A DNA stretch of 64,000 nt from Chara braunii (lineage: Eukaryota; Plantae; Charophyceae). The stretch covers positions 3,733,006-3,797,005 of the forward strand of contig BFEA01000026.1 in the NCBI GenBank assembly GCA_003427395.1, read 5' to 3'. Of this stretch, positions 38,480 through 51,043 are shown piece after piece; position 1 is the first letter of the stretch; each line of letters opens with the position of its first letter. The translations under genes and the position numbers were made by a program. The notes below the pieces were generated by a model. It did no database searches. It saw only the letters and a program-made list of their open reading frames with translations, and was not told the origin of the DNA.

Positions 38480-40000
38480 CCAGTAATATCGTCATTGCTT
38501 GATGCCCCTGATGACATGTCATCATCTCTGTCTTCGTCTTCGTCGGATTCCGTCTCACCATCTTCTTCTTCACTTGAGATTAACTCTGCTATTGCTTTAG
38601 GATTGATTTCAGTCTCCAGGTCAGAGTCCCAATCGAAGTCTCTACCATAATACACTATCAGTCTGTGAACCTGATGTCGATGTTATGATCCTGGCCAATT
38701 TCGAAGTACACATTCATCAGAAAGTACAATGTCGTCCAATAACAAAAAAAAAAAAAGAACTTGAGAGGAGAGAGAGGGTAAGAAGAAGAAGAAGAAGAAG
38801 AAGAAAGNAAGAAGAAGACGATGATGTACACCAACATAGACCAATGATAATGCTCTTCTTCTTAGCCAACCAATCTCCTCCTCCTTATCTCCTCCCCTCT
38901 TATTCAAACAAGAATAACAATAACAATGCGCGGCTACAACTTGCGGTTTGTCCTTATATTTTACCTTGTGCAACTTACACATTTCCTTCAGCTCGTTGTA
39001 CTTGAGTCGCAACAACTGAGTGTCCGCAATCGGTTCAAAACCAAAGTTAATAGTCCGTTTCGCTTTCTCGTCTGATTTCGCCTTCTTCATGATGGTCGAT
39101 CGTGCTGCAGTCTTCTTCTTTGTAGCTTGCGGGGTGGGAATCCGTATCGGTCCTGGTGTAAGTGATCGCGTCCTCCTTTGTACGATCTAGATGGTCCACG
39201 TGTGCATGATCGAGCCATTGAGTTCATGTTTTTTAGTGCTCCCTTCACATCACCCAACTTATACTTCATGAGCTTCATTTCGTCCACTTCCTTTCTCATA
39301 TCATGCACGTTCGTGACCACCTGATCTATGTTAACAGCCATTTCATCAAAATGGACACATTATTTTTTTTTAATGAAATTAAAATTGAGTTTTTGGGCCG
39401 AAACCGGTCCAAAATTTTGGCTCATGGACCCCCTAGATGTATCTTGGTCTCAAGCTGTGACCAGATACATCTAGGGGGTCCGGCGTTCTAGGAATGCCCG
39501 CACCCACAGGAGCAAAAATTTGGACCGGATTTCGGCCCAAAAACTCAAATTTAATTTCGTTAAAAAAAATAATATGTCCGTTTTGACGAAATGGCTGTTT
39601 GTTCACTCCCGGCGCTTCCGTACCTCCATCGTTCACCCCATCATTCTTTACGTTGCCATCCCCTAGTTGGGGAACAGTGGTTTCCAGCACCTTATCCACC
39701 ATCACTTTCAGTTGCTTGACTGAAATCAGCGTAACATCCTTCTTCTCCTTTTTCTGTTCTTCCTTCTTCATATCCTTCATCATCTTCTCAATTTTCTCCG
39801 TTACTCATATCAATGTGTTTCTTGATGAGATCAACTTCCCGCCTGTGTGCAAATATCTCTTCCTTCAATTTTGTCGTGAACCACGAGCGGTTCCGGGCAG
39901 CGGGAAGTCGTTCCACCATGGTTCACGTGCGTGAAATCTTCCCACCCGTCTTGGAGACCCTGATTCCGCCCACCTCCTTCTTGGAGAACGCGACCTTGAT
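38473..40000 (-). pseudogene. Upstream ORF of the PLE: charged coiled-coil, HeH/SAP/Rho-N-like motif, acidic tail
   Basis: MMKDMKKEEQKKEKK..., EAPGVN|IDQVV (rejoined across a MITE), LLRLKYNELKEMCKLHKVKYKDKPQVV, EEEDGETESDEDED. Confidence 0.55.
39333..39599. mobile_element. MITE with ~90-bp TIRs and 4-bp TSD (TGTT)
   Basis: AACAGCCATTTC...GAAATGGCTGTT, with TGTT at 39329-39332 and 39600-39603; internal hairpin at 39426-39481. Confidence 0.88.
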
Positions 40001-40611
40001 CAGGAGCGGTGTTTGTGCTCCCTTGGCGATCGTGATCGCCCATGTCAATTCCTCCTCCCATGTGATGATGCCGACAATGAGGACGACGAGTACCTCCGTC
40101 TTTTCTTGTCCACCAATGAGCGAGAACGTGCCATCGTCCTTCCTGGTTAAGAACCTGTCTCTCAAACCTTGTCCACGAATCCAATATAGATAATGTTAGG
40201 CCATGTACGTCATATCAGATTGTACACTATTCACACCCCCACCCGTACGTGGTTCACATGTTGTCAATATCAGACCGGTTGATTTATTCATAGGCGTGGT
40301 ATGCTACCTGTTAATTGATAATCAACAGATTATGATGAATATCTGGGCCATCGTCGTAGCTCTCACACAGAATCCTAAGACACAATGCTAGCTCCGCATC
40401 AATAGTATATCGCTCCAAAATGTTGATACTAGAATACCAATATGAATACAAAATTATGAATCGAGCCCATACGTAAATAAAACCACAATGTCCACGCTCC
40501 GCACATAAGATTGTAATGCAGCAGCCATAGGGGAGATGGAGTTCGGACTTACCAGTATACGTAGTGGCGATCTACATGGGTACCTCCCATGAGTTCGAGG
40601 CACCGTGCGTG

Positions 40612-41456
40612 GAGATGATATCACACTGCAAATACGAACTGAAGATGCAGGGCTTTACTTCTCACAGTTAACGTCAAACAGCATGCGCATGCCATCCTTC
40701 TGCCTCACTGCTCAGATGAGCATCACAGCCATCATCTTGATCAAATAGCAGTCCTAACCAGTCTATTCCCCCAATACATTCCGCTACCCCTCCTCGTCCT
40801 CGTCGTTGGCATCCCAGCTGAAGTTTGTAGTTCCTATCCCTGCCCTCATTTCCTTTGTTCACCTTCTCTCGACAAACTCCACTGTCCGCTGTCCAAATTT
40901 CTCCGTTGTCCCTGTTGATAGCTTTCCACTGCCAGTCCGTCCAATTTCCGGGTTGTGAAAGTTGACGTGATTCCAGGCCCGTCGAGCATAGATATTGTTC
41001 GAGTCCATTCCCTTTATATCGATCCATCATATGTTCATTTGTTGGAATCCCATGCATGCCGGTGACCTCTATTTCCTTGAAGCCGAAATTGCAGTTTCAG
41101 CTGTTCCATTCCTGTGAAGTTTTATGTCATGTCTGTCCGTGACCCTGAATTTGTTCGTTGTTTGATATAAGTTAATAACCTGGTATTTTGCAATTCCGTT
41201 TCTGGACGACATTTGCGTAGTTAAGATGGAATTTCTGATTTTTTTAATTTTGTTCTCACTTTCTCCTCGAAGGCCTTACATATAATATCCTTTGGGTATT
41301 GGAGTTGCTACAGTTCTTGTATCATGAGCGTGAGGACATCTGAAAGGTCAGTCTCAGCGTACGTGTTGGCAGTTATACGTTGAATTGTTCCAATTATCGT
41401 GAGACTCAGTATCTTTGTGCTAGCAGAACCCACACTCCCGAAACGACGCCATGTTC
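40612..41456 (-). repeat. 5' pLTR of the PLE
   Basis: Direct repeat of 22595-23469; ends at the (CA)n(GA)n tract 41465-41630. Confidence 0.9.
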
Positions 41457-41462
41457 ACACAT

Positions 41463-41550
<88 letters not shown>

Positions 41551-41551
41551 N

Positions 41552-41633
<82 letters not shown>

Positions 41634-42070
41634 GCATGTTGGCAATAATGGATTGACACTGCTTTGCTCGGATAAAACAGGGTGATCACATTGAGATAAC
41701 CATGTGAAGAATGACGAAAATATAGACGCGTTCGTTTAAGCTGACCTTTGGGGTTCACCTTTAATGAGCTACAGGTATCTGGAGATATGACAAATCGAGA
41801 CGAACGATGACTGTATGAACAAATTCAGAGTTGTTGCTACCAGATACCAAGGTGATTTAGCGACTGGCTTAGGGCACACAGGAATAGCCTAGCCTTGGAT
41901 CTGGTTGCCTTTGGACATTTGGGAGGAGCTGGTTACACCAGCCTGTGCTTCATGAGTTTTTGATATATTAAAAAACTCACACTAGTATGTAAGCCGTAAC
42001 CACTATAAGGGCGAAATCCGTGTTGTTGCTTTCTTTTGTTGTCTTTTGTTTTGTTTTGTTGTCGTTCTTA

Positions 42071-43014
42071 GGCCTGGACCCCACAGGAATTCCTTTGGAA
42101 AAGACATTTCCGCGGAATGGTCATTGGAAGAGTTTTGGAAAGTTTGGAAAGCCTTCTGCGGGAACTCCACCGCGGAGGCAGTTTTGCGGCAAAATCTTGA
42201 AAAAGTTTTCCATAATGGGAAATGTGCCCGCAACCCGTCCTGAAATGGGAAGTCGTGGTTCATCCGAGTGACCGCCCGTGGAGCGTAGGAACAGTGCGAC
42301 AGCCTCGATGAAACAGACTGCTGCTCCAGGACCCAAACAAACGGCTGGACGGACATCTTCTTGTCGAGCCTGTGGTCGACACCTTGGAAACCTTCAGGAT
42401 GCCCCACCCCCCAACGTTCGAGAGTCGGCACAATATTGCGGCGGAAATCCCTCCCGCGGAACTTTTCCACGCTGCAGACCATCTGGAAACAGATTTGGGT
42501 CGTTTTCCAGGCCACAAACCGCGGCCTGTGGGGCCCCGCGGAAGACTTCCGCGGAAAACTCACAACGTTTCCACGACCTTTTCCAGGCCATGTGGGGTCC
42601 CGGAAACAATTCCGCGGCAAAACTTTTCCTTGCCACATTCCAGTGGGGTCCAGGCCTGGCGGAAGCTTTCCAGGCAATGGGAAAGAGAGAAGCAGACCCC
42701 ACTGTAGCACAAGTTTTTGCCAGTTCCGTTGGTGACGGTTACCCGATAGGGAAAACTTTCCCTATACGGAAACTTCACATCCGCTTGTCTCGGTTCTCAC
42801 CCTGGCTCTCCTTTCCACATGGGATGGCCGAACCGAAGGAGGTCCCCCCCCCCGCCCCCTCAGAATGGCTGAACCGCAAGGAACCGGCAAAACAAAACTG
42901 AGTGAAAACGTCTGCCACGTCATATCTGAGCGTTTTCCAAAGCTATGCCGCAAAGCAGTGGGATTTCACAAATCATCTTCCAAAGCTTTGCCGCAAAGAA
43001 GTGGGGTCCACCTC
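42071..43014. mobile_element. PIF/Harbinger-type non-autonomous element
   Basis: TTA on both sides; TIR GGCCTGGACCCCAC vs GTGGGGTCCACCTC (11/14); a perfect internal TIR copy at 42643-42656; CCGCGG/GGAAA repeats. Confidence 0.7.
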
Positions 43015-43198
43015 TTACTTCGGGCATGGCCGTGAGGAAGGCCACACTCACAATGGTACTCCACAGAATGTATCTGACTGCTATTAGGGCGAAATCCATG
43101 TTTTTGTTTTGATTTCTGTACTTCCCTTTTGATTTTGTTTTGATTTCTGTACTTCCCTTTTGATTTTGTTTTGATTTCTGTACTTTCCTTTTTATTTT

Positions 43199-43619
43199 GG
43201 GTCCCGTTAGACACTCCTAAAAGAATCCGAAAAGTTTTAGGACGAGTCCTAAAGCATTTTTAGGATTTCGTGCGGCGTAGTTACACACAATCCTAAAAAT
43301 TATCTTTTAGGATTCGTCCTAAAAGGTCTCCCGCGGCCGGTTTTCATGTGCGTATACGCAGCCGCGTCGCCAATGTCCGTCCAATCCCCGCCAACGGCTA
43401 CCGTTCGTGGCCGTTGCCCGCGTCGACCCGCAGAAAACCTCCGATGTCCGACCACTGACCCGACGGACCGCTTCTGCACCAGCAACTCCGTGTCGATGGT
43501 GCCATGCGCGCGACGCAACGAGTCCGTGAAACGCGGGAATCCTAAATTCTTCAGTAGGTCGGGGGCTACTGGAAAATTTAGGACGATTTTGCCCGGGGAA
43601 AGAGTGTCTAACGAGACCC
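43199..43619. mobile_element. PIF/Harbinger-type MITE
   Basis: TIR GGGTCCCGTTAGACACTC / GAGTGTCTAACGAGACCC (17/18) with TTT flanks. Confidence 0.85.
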
Positions 43620-44137
43620 TTTGTTTTGAGTTCTTTACCTTCCTTTTGATTGCAAGTGCCCTGACAGGGAGGCAGAGCGCATTCCGCATTCCACGCTGTG
43701 CTGGAAAAGCCAACGCTGAGGGCATACTCTCACAGGTACTTTACAGAATGTGCCTGACTGCTATAAGGGCGAAATCCATGTTTTTGTTTTGATTTCCTTA
43801 CTTTCCTTTCAATTTCGAGTGCCCTGACACGGAGGTGGCCGTATTCCACGCTCCGCTGGAAAAGCCACCGCTGAGGGCATACTCACACAGGTATTTGCCA
43901 AACTGAATCTACCCGCTACCACGGCTGAAGTTTTGATTCTTTGTTTTCGTCTTCTCCTACAGTCTACGTCCGTTCGAGGTATCAGACCACCGCAACTTAT
44001 TTTCCTTTTTTGTTAATTTCACGTGAGTGCCAGAAAATGAAAATCATGAGTTTCCACTTTTATGCCAGGCTCGGCAAAACTCGACGCGCGGTAAATTCAG
44101 GGTTGGCAAAAAGAGGATCGGAGGTACTGGTGGTTTA

Positions 44138-44282
44138 AACCACCTGTACATCCGAAAAAGCGGATTGAGCCTCTCCTAAAAAACAGGAGGCCATGAACCA
44201 CCGATTCATTTTATCAATGGTCCATGGCCTCCAAACTTTTAGGAGGGGCTCAATCTGCTCTTTTTCGAATGCACTGGTGGTT
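44138..44282. mobile_element. Small palindromic MITE (AACCACC TIR family)
   Basis: Near-complete foldback AACCACCTGTACATCCGAAAAAG...TTTTCGAATGCACTGGTGGTT. Another TIR-like end (GTACTGGTGGTT) abuts it on the left. Confidence 0.7.
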
Positions 44283-45774
44283 CAAGATAGGAAGGATAAC
44301 ACCTGCAGCCTTATGGGAAAGAGAGAGCTCCAGAGATAGTAAGACAAAGGCCATGGCCCGGGGAATCCAAAGGAAGTGAGCTATATCTGTTCAAACGAAC
44401 AACTTCGTCAACAAGGGGCTGTTTGCTGGAGGGATGGGGTGAAGCAGAACACTGCTTAGAATCGGTCAGAATCTGGTTCCAGTTCCCCTAGCACTAGCAG
44501 TGAGATCTGTGTATTCTATCATTTAATTTAGGCTTAATGTAGGCTGTCATGTAGGCTAGCAACTCAGGCTATTTTGTAGTGCTACCTGCCAATTTCAGAC
44601 TTTGTAGGTGAGCCCTGCAGCAGGCTGTCATCACATCTGCATGTCTGGTCACACAACTTGAAACAACTACAATGCTCAGGGACGCTGGACCCCACCGATA
44701 GACAGAGCCTCCCGGGGAGTGCTAGTGGTGCCTGCTCTTACAAGCAACCCTATTATATATACATATATACATATATATTATTTGATGATAACTCCAACGA
44801 AACAGTTTGTCACAGCCCCTCGTTTGTTGTCCTCTTCTCCATCTCTGCCTACGGTTTTCCAGGCAGCTCTGTTTGACTTTATATCTATATATCTATATAT
44901 CTATATATGCCGCTTCTGGTGGCAGACGGGTGTGTCCGTGCTTGAAAAACAAAGTAGTGGCTCGTAAATGGCCGCAATTTCTGGGTTCGGGGAAGGTGCG
45001 ATGGGGGAGGAAGCTGGTCGTCCCAAAGAAAAGGGGCAAATAGACTGCAAGTTGTCCTGTTGGTTTATGCCGTGCATGTGTGGACGCTGAAGGCAATGAA
45101 TGCAATGATGCACCAAAAAAAAGAAGAAACAACGGCGGACGCGGCAGGTTTTGAGTTCGAATAGGCAAAAAAAACATGAAATGGCACTGCGGGAACGGGC
45201 ACAGTTCGAAAAGGCAAACAAAACAGGAGCAAGCGGTAAGACCCCCAGTTCAAAAAAGCGGTAATGACAGGGCCAATGCGGTCCCAGTCCCAGGGCATCT
45301 TGTGCCGTTGTAGGCCAGTCCCAGGCCACCCCAAGCAGTCCAAGGACGGTCCCAGAAATATGGCCAGATTCATTCAGAAAAGGCCTCTGCCTTTTTTTTT
45401 GAAAGAATATCGCCGTGTTTCTGCACTGGATTCAGCGTGAAGCAGTGAGAGCCAGATGCACGGGCAGATCATCTGTCAGACTGTCACCACTACACTGCGC
45501 CTTTCCCCCATCTTCCCCCTTCTGTATGGGCATATGTGTATGCATGAATGTGTCCTGTGTATGCATGTTGTCATGATTGCTACTATGGCGAACTTAATAG
45601 TGATCGTTGTCATGGTGGCGTATCTTCTCGTGATCTTCCTCTTCATGCTGAGGAAGTGTCAAGGAAAATCCTATGTAGTGTATGTGGCCACCATCCTTGC
45701 CAGTGTGATGGGGGTATTCATTGGGGGGATAAAGGTGGACACATTGTACCGAACTTGGAGGGAGAAAAATGGCG

Positions 45775-45834
<60 letters not shown>

Positions 45835-46680
45835 NNNNNNNNNNNNNNNNNNNNNNNNNNNNNNNNNNNNNNNNNNNNNNNNNNNNNNNNNNNNNNNNNN
45901 NNNNNNNNNNNNNNNNNNNNNNNNNNNNNNNNNNNNNNNNNNNNNNNNNNNNNNNNNNNNNNNNNNNNNNNNNNNNNNNNNNNNNNNNNNNNNNNNNNNN
46001 NNNNNNNNNNNNNNNNNNNNNNNNNNNNNNNNNNNNNNNNNNNNNNNNNNNNNNNNNNNNNNNNNNNNNNNNNNNNNNNNNNNNNNNNNNNNNNNNNNNN
46101 NNNNNNNNNNNNNNNNNNNNNNNNNNNNNNNNNNNNNNNNNNNNNNNNNNNNNNNNNNNNNNNNNNNNNNNNNNNNNNNNNNNNNNNNNNNNNNNNNNNN
46201 NNNNNNNNNNNNNNNNNNNNNNNNNNNNNNNNNNNNNNNNNNNNNNNNNNNNNNNNNNNNNNNNNNNNNNNNNNNNNNNNNNNNNNNNNNNNNNNNNNNN
46301 NNNNNNNNNNNNNNNNNNNNNNNNNNNNNNNNNNNNNNNNNNNNNNNNNNNNNNNNNNNNNNNNNNNNNNNNNNNNNNNNNNNNNNNNNNNNNNNNNNNN
46401 NNNNNNNNNNNNNNNNNNNNNNNNNNNNNNNNNNNNNNNNNNNNNNNNNNNNNNNNNNNNNNNNNNNNNNNNNNNNNNNNNNNNNNNNNNNNNNNNNNNN
46501 NNNNNNNNNNNNNNNNNNNNNNNNNNNNNNNNNNNNNNNNNNNNNNNNNNNNNNNNNNNNNNNNNNNNNNNNNNNNNNNNNNNNNNNNNNNNNNNNNNNN
46601 NNNNNNNNGACATATTTCTGCGCTTGATTTACCGCAGAAACATGGCCAAATTCATTCAGCAAAGGCCTCTGTGCTACACA

Positions 46681-46745
<65 letters not shown>

Positions 46746-46948
46746 CACGGCGGCGTGCATTCCGGTAGCAGTAACTGGTGAGAGCGTGAGTGCTCACGCG
46801 CACCCGTTGCTGCACACAGACATGCCCGCCTGCAGCGCCTGGGTATTCTTCCACCACACACCATTCTTTGGAATGAGGAAGAAGACACGAGAAGGGACGT
46901 GGGATGGGTCGCATGTCTTCCGAGGAAGGACAAACAGCCGATAAAAAT

Positions 46949-47017
<69 letters not shown>

Positions 47018-48249
47018 AGTACGAAACGGGTCGAAAACAACAACGAAATCGGCCCACGGCCAAGCGCCCGTTCCCGTCTACGAAAGACAGATCATCCCCT
47101 TTCAACGGCACTCGCGAAAGGATCCCCAGCACTGCGAATCGACATGTGGCATGGCCACAGAGCCCCAAACGGTGATGCGCCACGTCCGCGCCTTTTTTGG
47201 ATCATTGACGTCGGCGATGGTGAATAGAGCGATAGTCTGCATGGAAAAGCGTGGAGTCCTCTCTCGCTGAAACACGGCGGGGCAGACCAGTTCGAGTACC
47301 AGGTGTGAAGTTCAGCGTTTGGTATCGGTAGCATCCGCTGGGCCATTCGTGGGGGCACCGGACCCTATTGCTCAGCGACGTCCGGTATCGCCAAATGCCT
47401 CACATGTTCTGTCTGCCACACAACAACGGCCCGCCGCACAACACCCCATCAAGTGTCAAGGTGGACACACCTCTGGAACTGGGTATCCCTCACCGCCCAT
47501 GACTTTCTACCGGGTCCTCAGTAAAAGTTCCGAAATTTGGTGGCCATGTGGGATCCACTTTTTCTATTACGGACCGAGCGGGATGGGCCCTAGAAAACCG
47601 TTCTTTTTGCTTTCTTCCGAAAAAGAAAAGAGGTGGGATAAGCGGCTCAGCCTCTAATAAGCTACAGGAGGAGATAGGATAGGATGACATAGTTGGCAGT
47701 TTTCCAAGTGGAGAGTGGGTCAGTAGGAAGGAGGAGCTCTACAAGTGGGAAGGGTGACTTATGCAGCCCCAAGGGGAAAGACGGTACTCCACGTTACATA
47801 CTGGTATGGCCACGGTCCCATCAAAGACTACTGAGATGATGCATCCAAGCGACGCTGGGCCCAGTTTCCAGCACACGTCGCTCCCCGCCAATAGATGGAG
47901 CAGCCCGACAGGCAAAGCCTCAATTCCGGTGGGAAAAAAAAAAAAAAAGAAGCGCATTTCCAACCGGTGCTCTAATCAGTTGCTATGACAGTTCATCGAA
48001 AGCATGAGTCGGGCTGTGACTACTGGCCAGAGTTATTCTGGCATTTCCTCAACCTAGAGCCAGCGGGTTCCCAGCATGTGTTGCTCCCCACGAATAGATT
48101 GGAGCATGACCCCTTTCAAAAAAAAAAACAAAGGGGGGGGCAAGAACATTCAAGTCACACCTCACGTTCGGAATGGGCTAAAAAACCCAGGCTCGTTTCA
48201 AATCCGGTGTCAAGCAGAAATGAAAGCACCACGGCCGTGACAGAGCCAT

Positions 48250-48800
48250 AGGTGTCATAACTATATGGGTGGGCCGTGGTGTTAGAGGGGCGGGCCGACG
48301 ATCTATTGCGACTAAATTGTGCGTTTCAAACTTGTGCCATGACGACAGTGCCGAGCGCAAAGAGTTCACCTTTGGCCTCCCTGAGGCTAAAGTGGAGATT
48401 GGGGAGCACATTAGGGGAATTTAGGGCTGGGGAAGTGGCAAGCTACCGCCAGAGTTCAAGGACCTCTGGCTCGACCCCCAGAGGTAGATGGCAGATATAC
48501 ACGATGACTGGGCTTTGATATGGAAGAATTGGCTTGCCAAAGAAAAGACCGCGCTTGAGCGCTTCCATACCCCGCTGCCGGTCAGGAATGCACATGCATT
48601 GATAGTGGATTATGCACCCGTGGGAGGAGGAACTCCTCAGTCTTGCACCCAACCTCCCCTCTATCCCTCCCAACCCCAGCCTCCGCTCCCTCTCTCTCAA
48701 CCCCCGCTCACCCCGCCTCCACCGCCGGCCCCGTATCCTCAGTCTCCGGCCAGCATTGCACCAGCATCGGTCTTCCAGGGCCACTGAATTTTCAACCACC
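48250..48800 (+). mobile_element. Possible extreme 3' remnant of a LINE ORF2
   Basis: SAERKEFTFG...EFKDLW...DDWALIWKNWL resembles L1 ORF2 C-termini and is followed by a C-rich tract; weak support. Confidence 0.3.
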
Positions 48801-50065
48801 CTTCACAGGATCACAGATGACTTGCCCGATAGCACCTATTCCTACAACCTCCTCGAGCGGCAAACCAGATGGAAAGAAATAGTAAACTAGATGATAGACT
48901 TATTCAAGAAAGATCGCCCCTCCCTCCCCCTACCCCTCAGCCCTACACTGCCTCCGCCGAGGTGAGTCACTCAGTCACCCACTCTCCCTCGGCCCCAATA
49001 TAGGACCAACCCTCTACCCCCCTTTCCCCAGGAGCACGCAGTTCCCACCTAAAGCATGCCCCCCCGGCCCCTTGCCCATTTCTGCCTGCGCAGGGACTGA
49101 TATTAACCCACGCACCAGCCACTGTCCCAGAATAGGGCAACCCCCTACTCCGCCCCTACCTTCTTTGAGACATTCACCCCCCGCCTTGTGATGCCCCTGC
49201 AAGATAGAGCTTCCCCCACCCCCTTCCTCTAGCTGCCCTGGCCTAGAGCCAGAACTATCTGACTATTTTACCTGTTCGGCCTGTGGGACCAGGCCGTGGC
49301 CTGACCCCACAGGCCGTGTGCTTATTCAGTCCACTCCAGTCCACTCCAGTCCTGCCTGGTACCAGGCCAGTCCATTCCAATCCAGCCAGTCTGTTGGGGT
49401 ATACCCCAACTGCAATCTGTTTCAGCCTCATCCTTCACTAAGTCCTGCACAGTTTAGAGTACGTGTGTGTTGAGTCTGCATTGGAGCTGATATTCTTATG
49501 GAGGCAGGGCAGTCAATACTTCAACAACATATTATGCAGGAATTCCAAGCAGCGGCGCGACGCGACCGAGAGCGTCGTGCCGCTCCGCTATTGACATGAG
49601 TCGGCTTGTGAGTTGGTGGCGCCTTGTCAGCATGGCTCCCGACGAGGAATATCGAGGAGGTGATGTGGGTGATGGCGCGAGGTTCCGTGGGTCTTGTCTG
49701 GCGCGGCCATTGACGTGATGCTTCGGCTGAAGGTTCTTCTAGCTTTGATAATCTAGGCTGAATAGGTTTCTTGCTCTGTGCTTCGTTTTACTGGTGTCAC
49801 GGGTTGACACGCTGGAGGAAGGGGAGGCTGTCAGGGTGATTAGGATAGTCTTCATGAGATCTTGGGCAGGGTAGCGGCCCTGCTCCTATGCTCCTGCACG
49901 AATCTAGTGGAGGTCGGTTGGACAGTGCGGGCAGAAAGTGAGGAGCATCTTCTCATGCGGAGTGAGAGGTTACAAGTTGGAGCATCAAAAAGAGTTGGTG
50001 GTTTCAAGCTTTCGTTTGAGCTAGTTCAACGGTTAAAGACACGGAAGCAGGTAGTGGCGCAATTC

Positions 50066-50486
50066 GTCATCATCATGGGGGCGCTGCTCGTCATCACCAT
50101 CATCATCATCATCATCATCATCATCAGGGCGCTGCTCGTCATCACCATCATCATCATCATCATCAACAGGGTGTGGTTTAACATGATCATCACGGTAATG
50201 GTTCGTCATCACCATCATCATCATTAGGGTACTGCTCGTTATCATCATCAAGGCGTAGGTCTTCACTCCTGTTTGGAACTAGTATCATCATCATTGTCAA
50301 GGAGCCGTTCATCAGGGGTGTTGTTCGTCACTCATAGTTGTATTACCATCATCAATAGTTCACCATCATAGAGTGCGGTTGGCGAAGTTCGGCGCTGCTC
50401 ATCTCTATCATCATCATCACTAGGTTATCATCAAGGTGCTCGTCATCAGCACCATCATCATGTTGTTGTCATCACAAGGCGCGGTG

Positions 50487-50529
<43 letters not shown>

Positions 50530-50815
50530 AGCAGATTCATCATCATCATCACTGACATCATCATCATCATCATCATCATTATCATCATCATTTTGTAATC
50601 ATAGGGGCGGGGTTGTTGGTGTTGCTCTTTAGTATGATCAGCGACATCATTCTGTCTCATTCTCATCACTACCACCATCATCATCATCATTATCAGTTTG
50701 TCATCATTAGATGTTTGCTCTTCAAGGCATTGTTTGCCGTTCACATCAGCAGGTGAGTTGGTCGTCACCATCATCCTCATCATCATCATTTTTAGGGTGT
50801 TGTTCATCGTCATCA
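50066..50815. repeat. (ATC)n-rich low-complexity region
   Basis: Many CAT/ATC trinucleotide runs. Confidence 0.9.
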
Positions 50816-50998
50816 GCAAAATCCAAAAAAAAAAAACTTATCTACCTTTCTCCATCACGACTTTCAAAAATTTCCGACCGGATCGTTTCCGGAGGGTTAA
50901 ACGGTGCGCAACAGCGCCTGTACAACTCTCTGTTCGTCACTCACCCAACTCTCTGTTCACGCACAGGATCACCCTGGATATCCCACACGCATCACACT

Positions 50999-51043
<45 letters not shown>

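Larger units (their letters stand above)
22595..41456 (-). mobile_element. Penelope-like retroelement, GIY-YIG upstream of RT, decayed and interrupted by nested insertions
   Basis: pLTR direct repeats, GIY-YIG and PLE-type RT motifs in collinear order, and a reading frame that rejoins across the insertions. Confidence 0.85.
42003..43895 (+). repeat. Three tandem ~200-260-bp units, two split by MITEs
   Basis: CTATWAGGGCGAAATCC at 42003, 43081 and 43761, each followed by a T-rich tract and ACTC(A/T)CA..GGTA. Units 2 and 3 share GTGCCCTGAC...GGAAAAGCC...GCTGAGGGCAT. Confidence 0.75.

Noticed and set aside
45456-47043. Long ORFs of 300-440 aa here and at 54689-55916, and shorter ones at 20844-21666
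   Set aside because: They consist of N-gap X residues and (GA)n/(CA)n translations (ERER, SLSL, HTHT).
46990-47350. Harbinger DDE transposase remnant (LRKTD..., AFGIG)
   Set aside because: Only vague fragments are present, with no catalytic IDG/GD/E motifs visible.
50033-50819. Poly-Asp/poly-Met proteins
   Set aside because: Translation of the (ATC)n microsatellite; no domain evidence.
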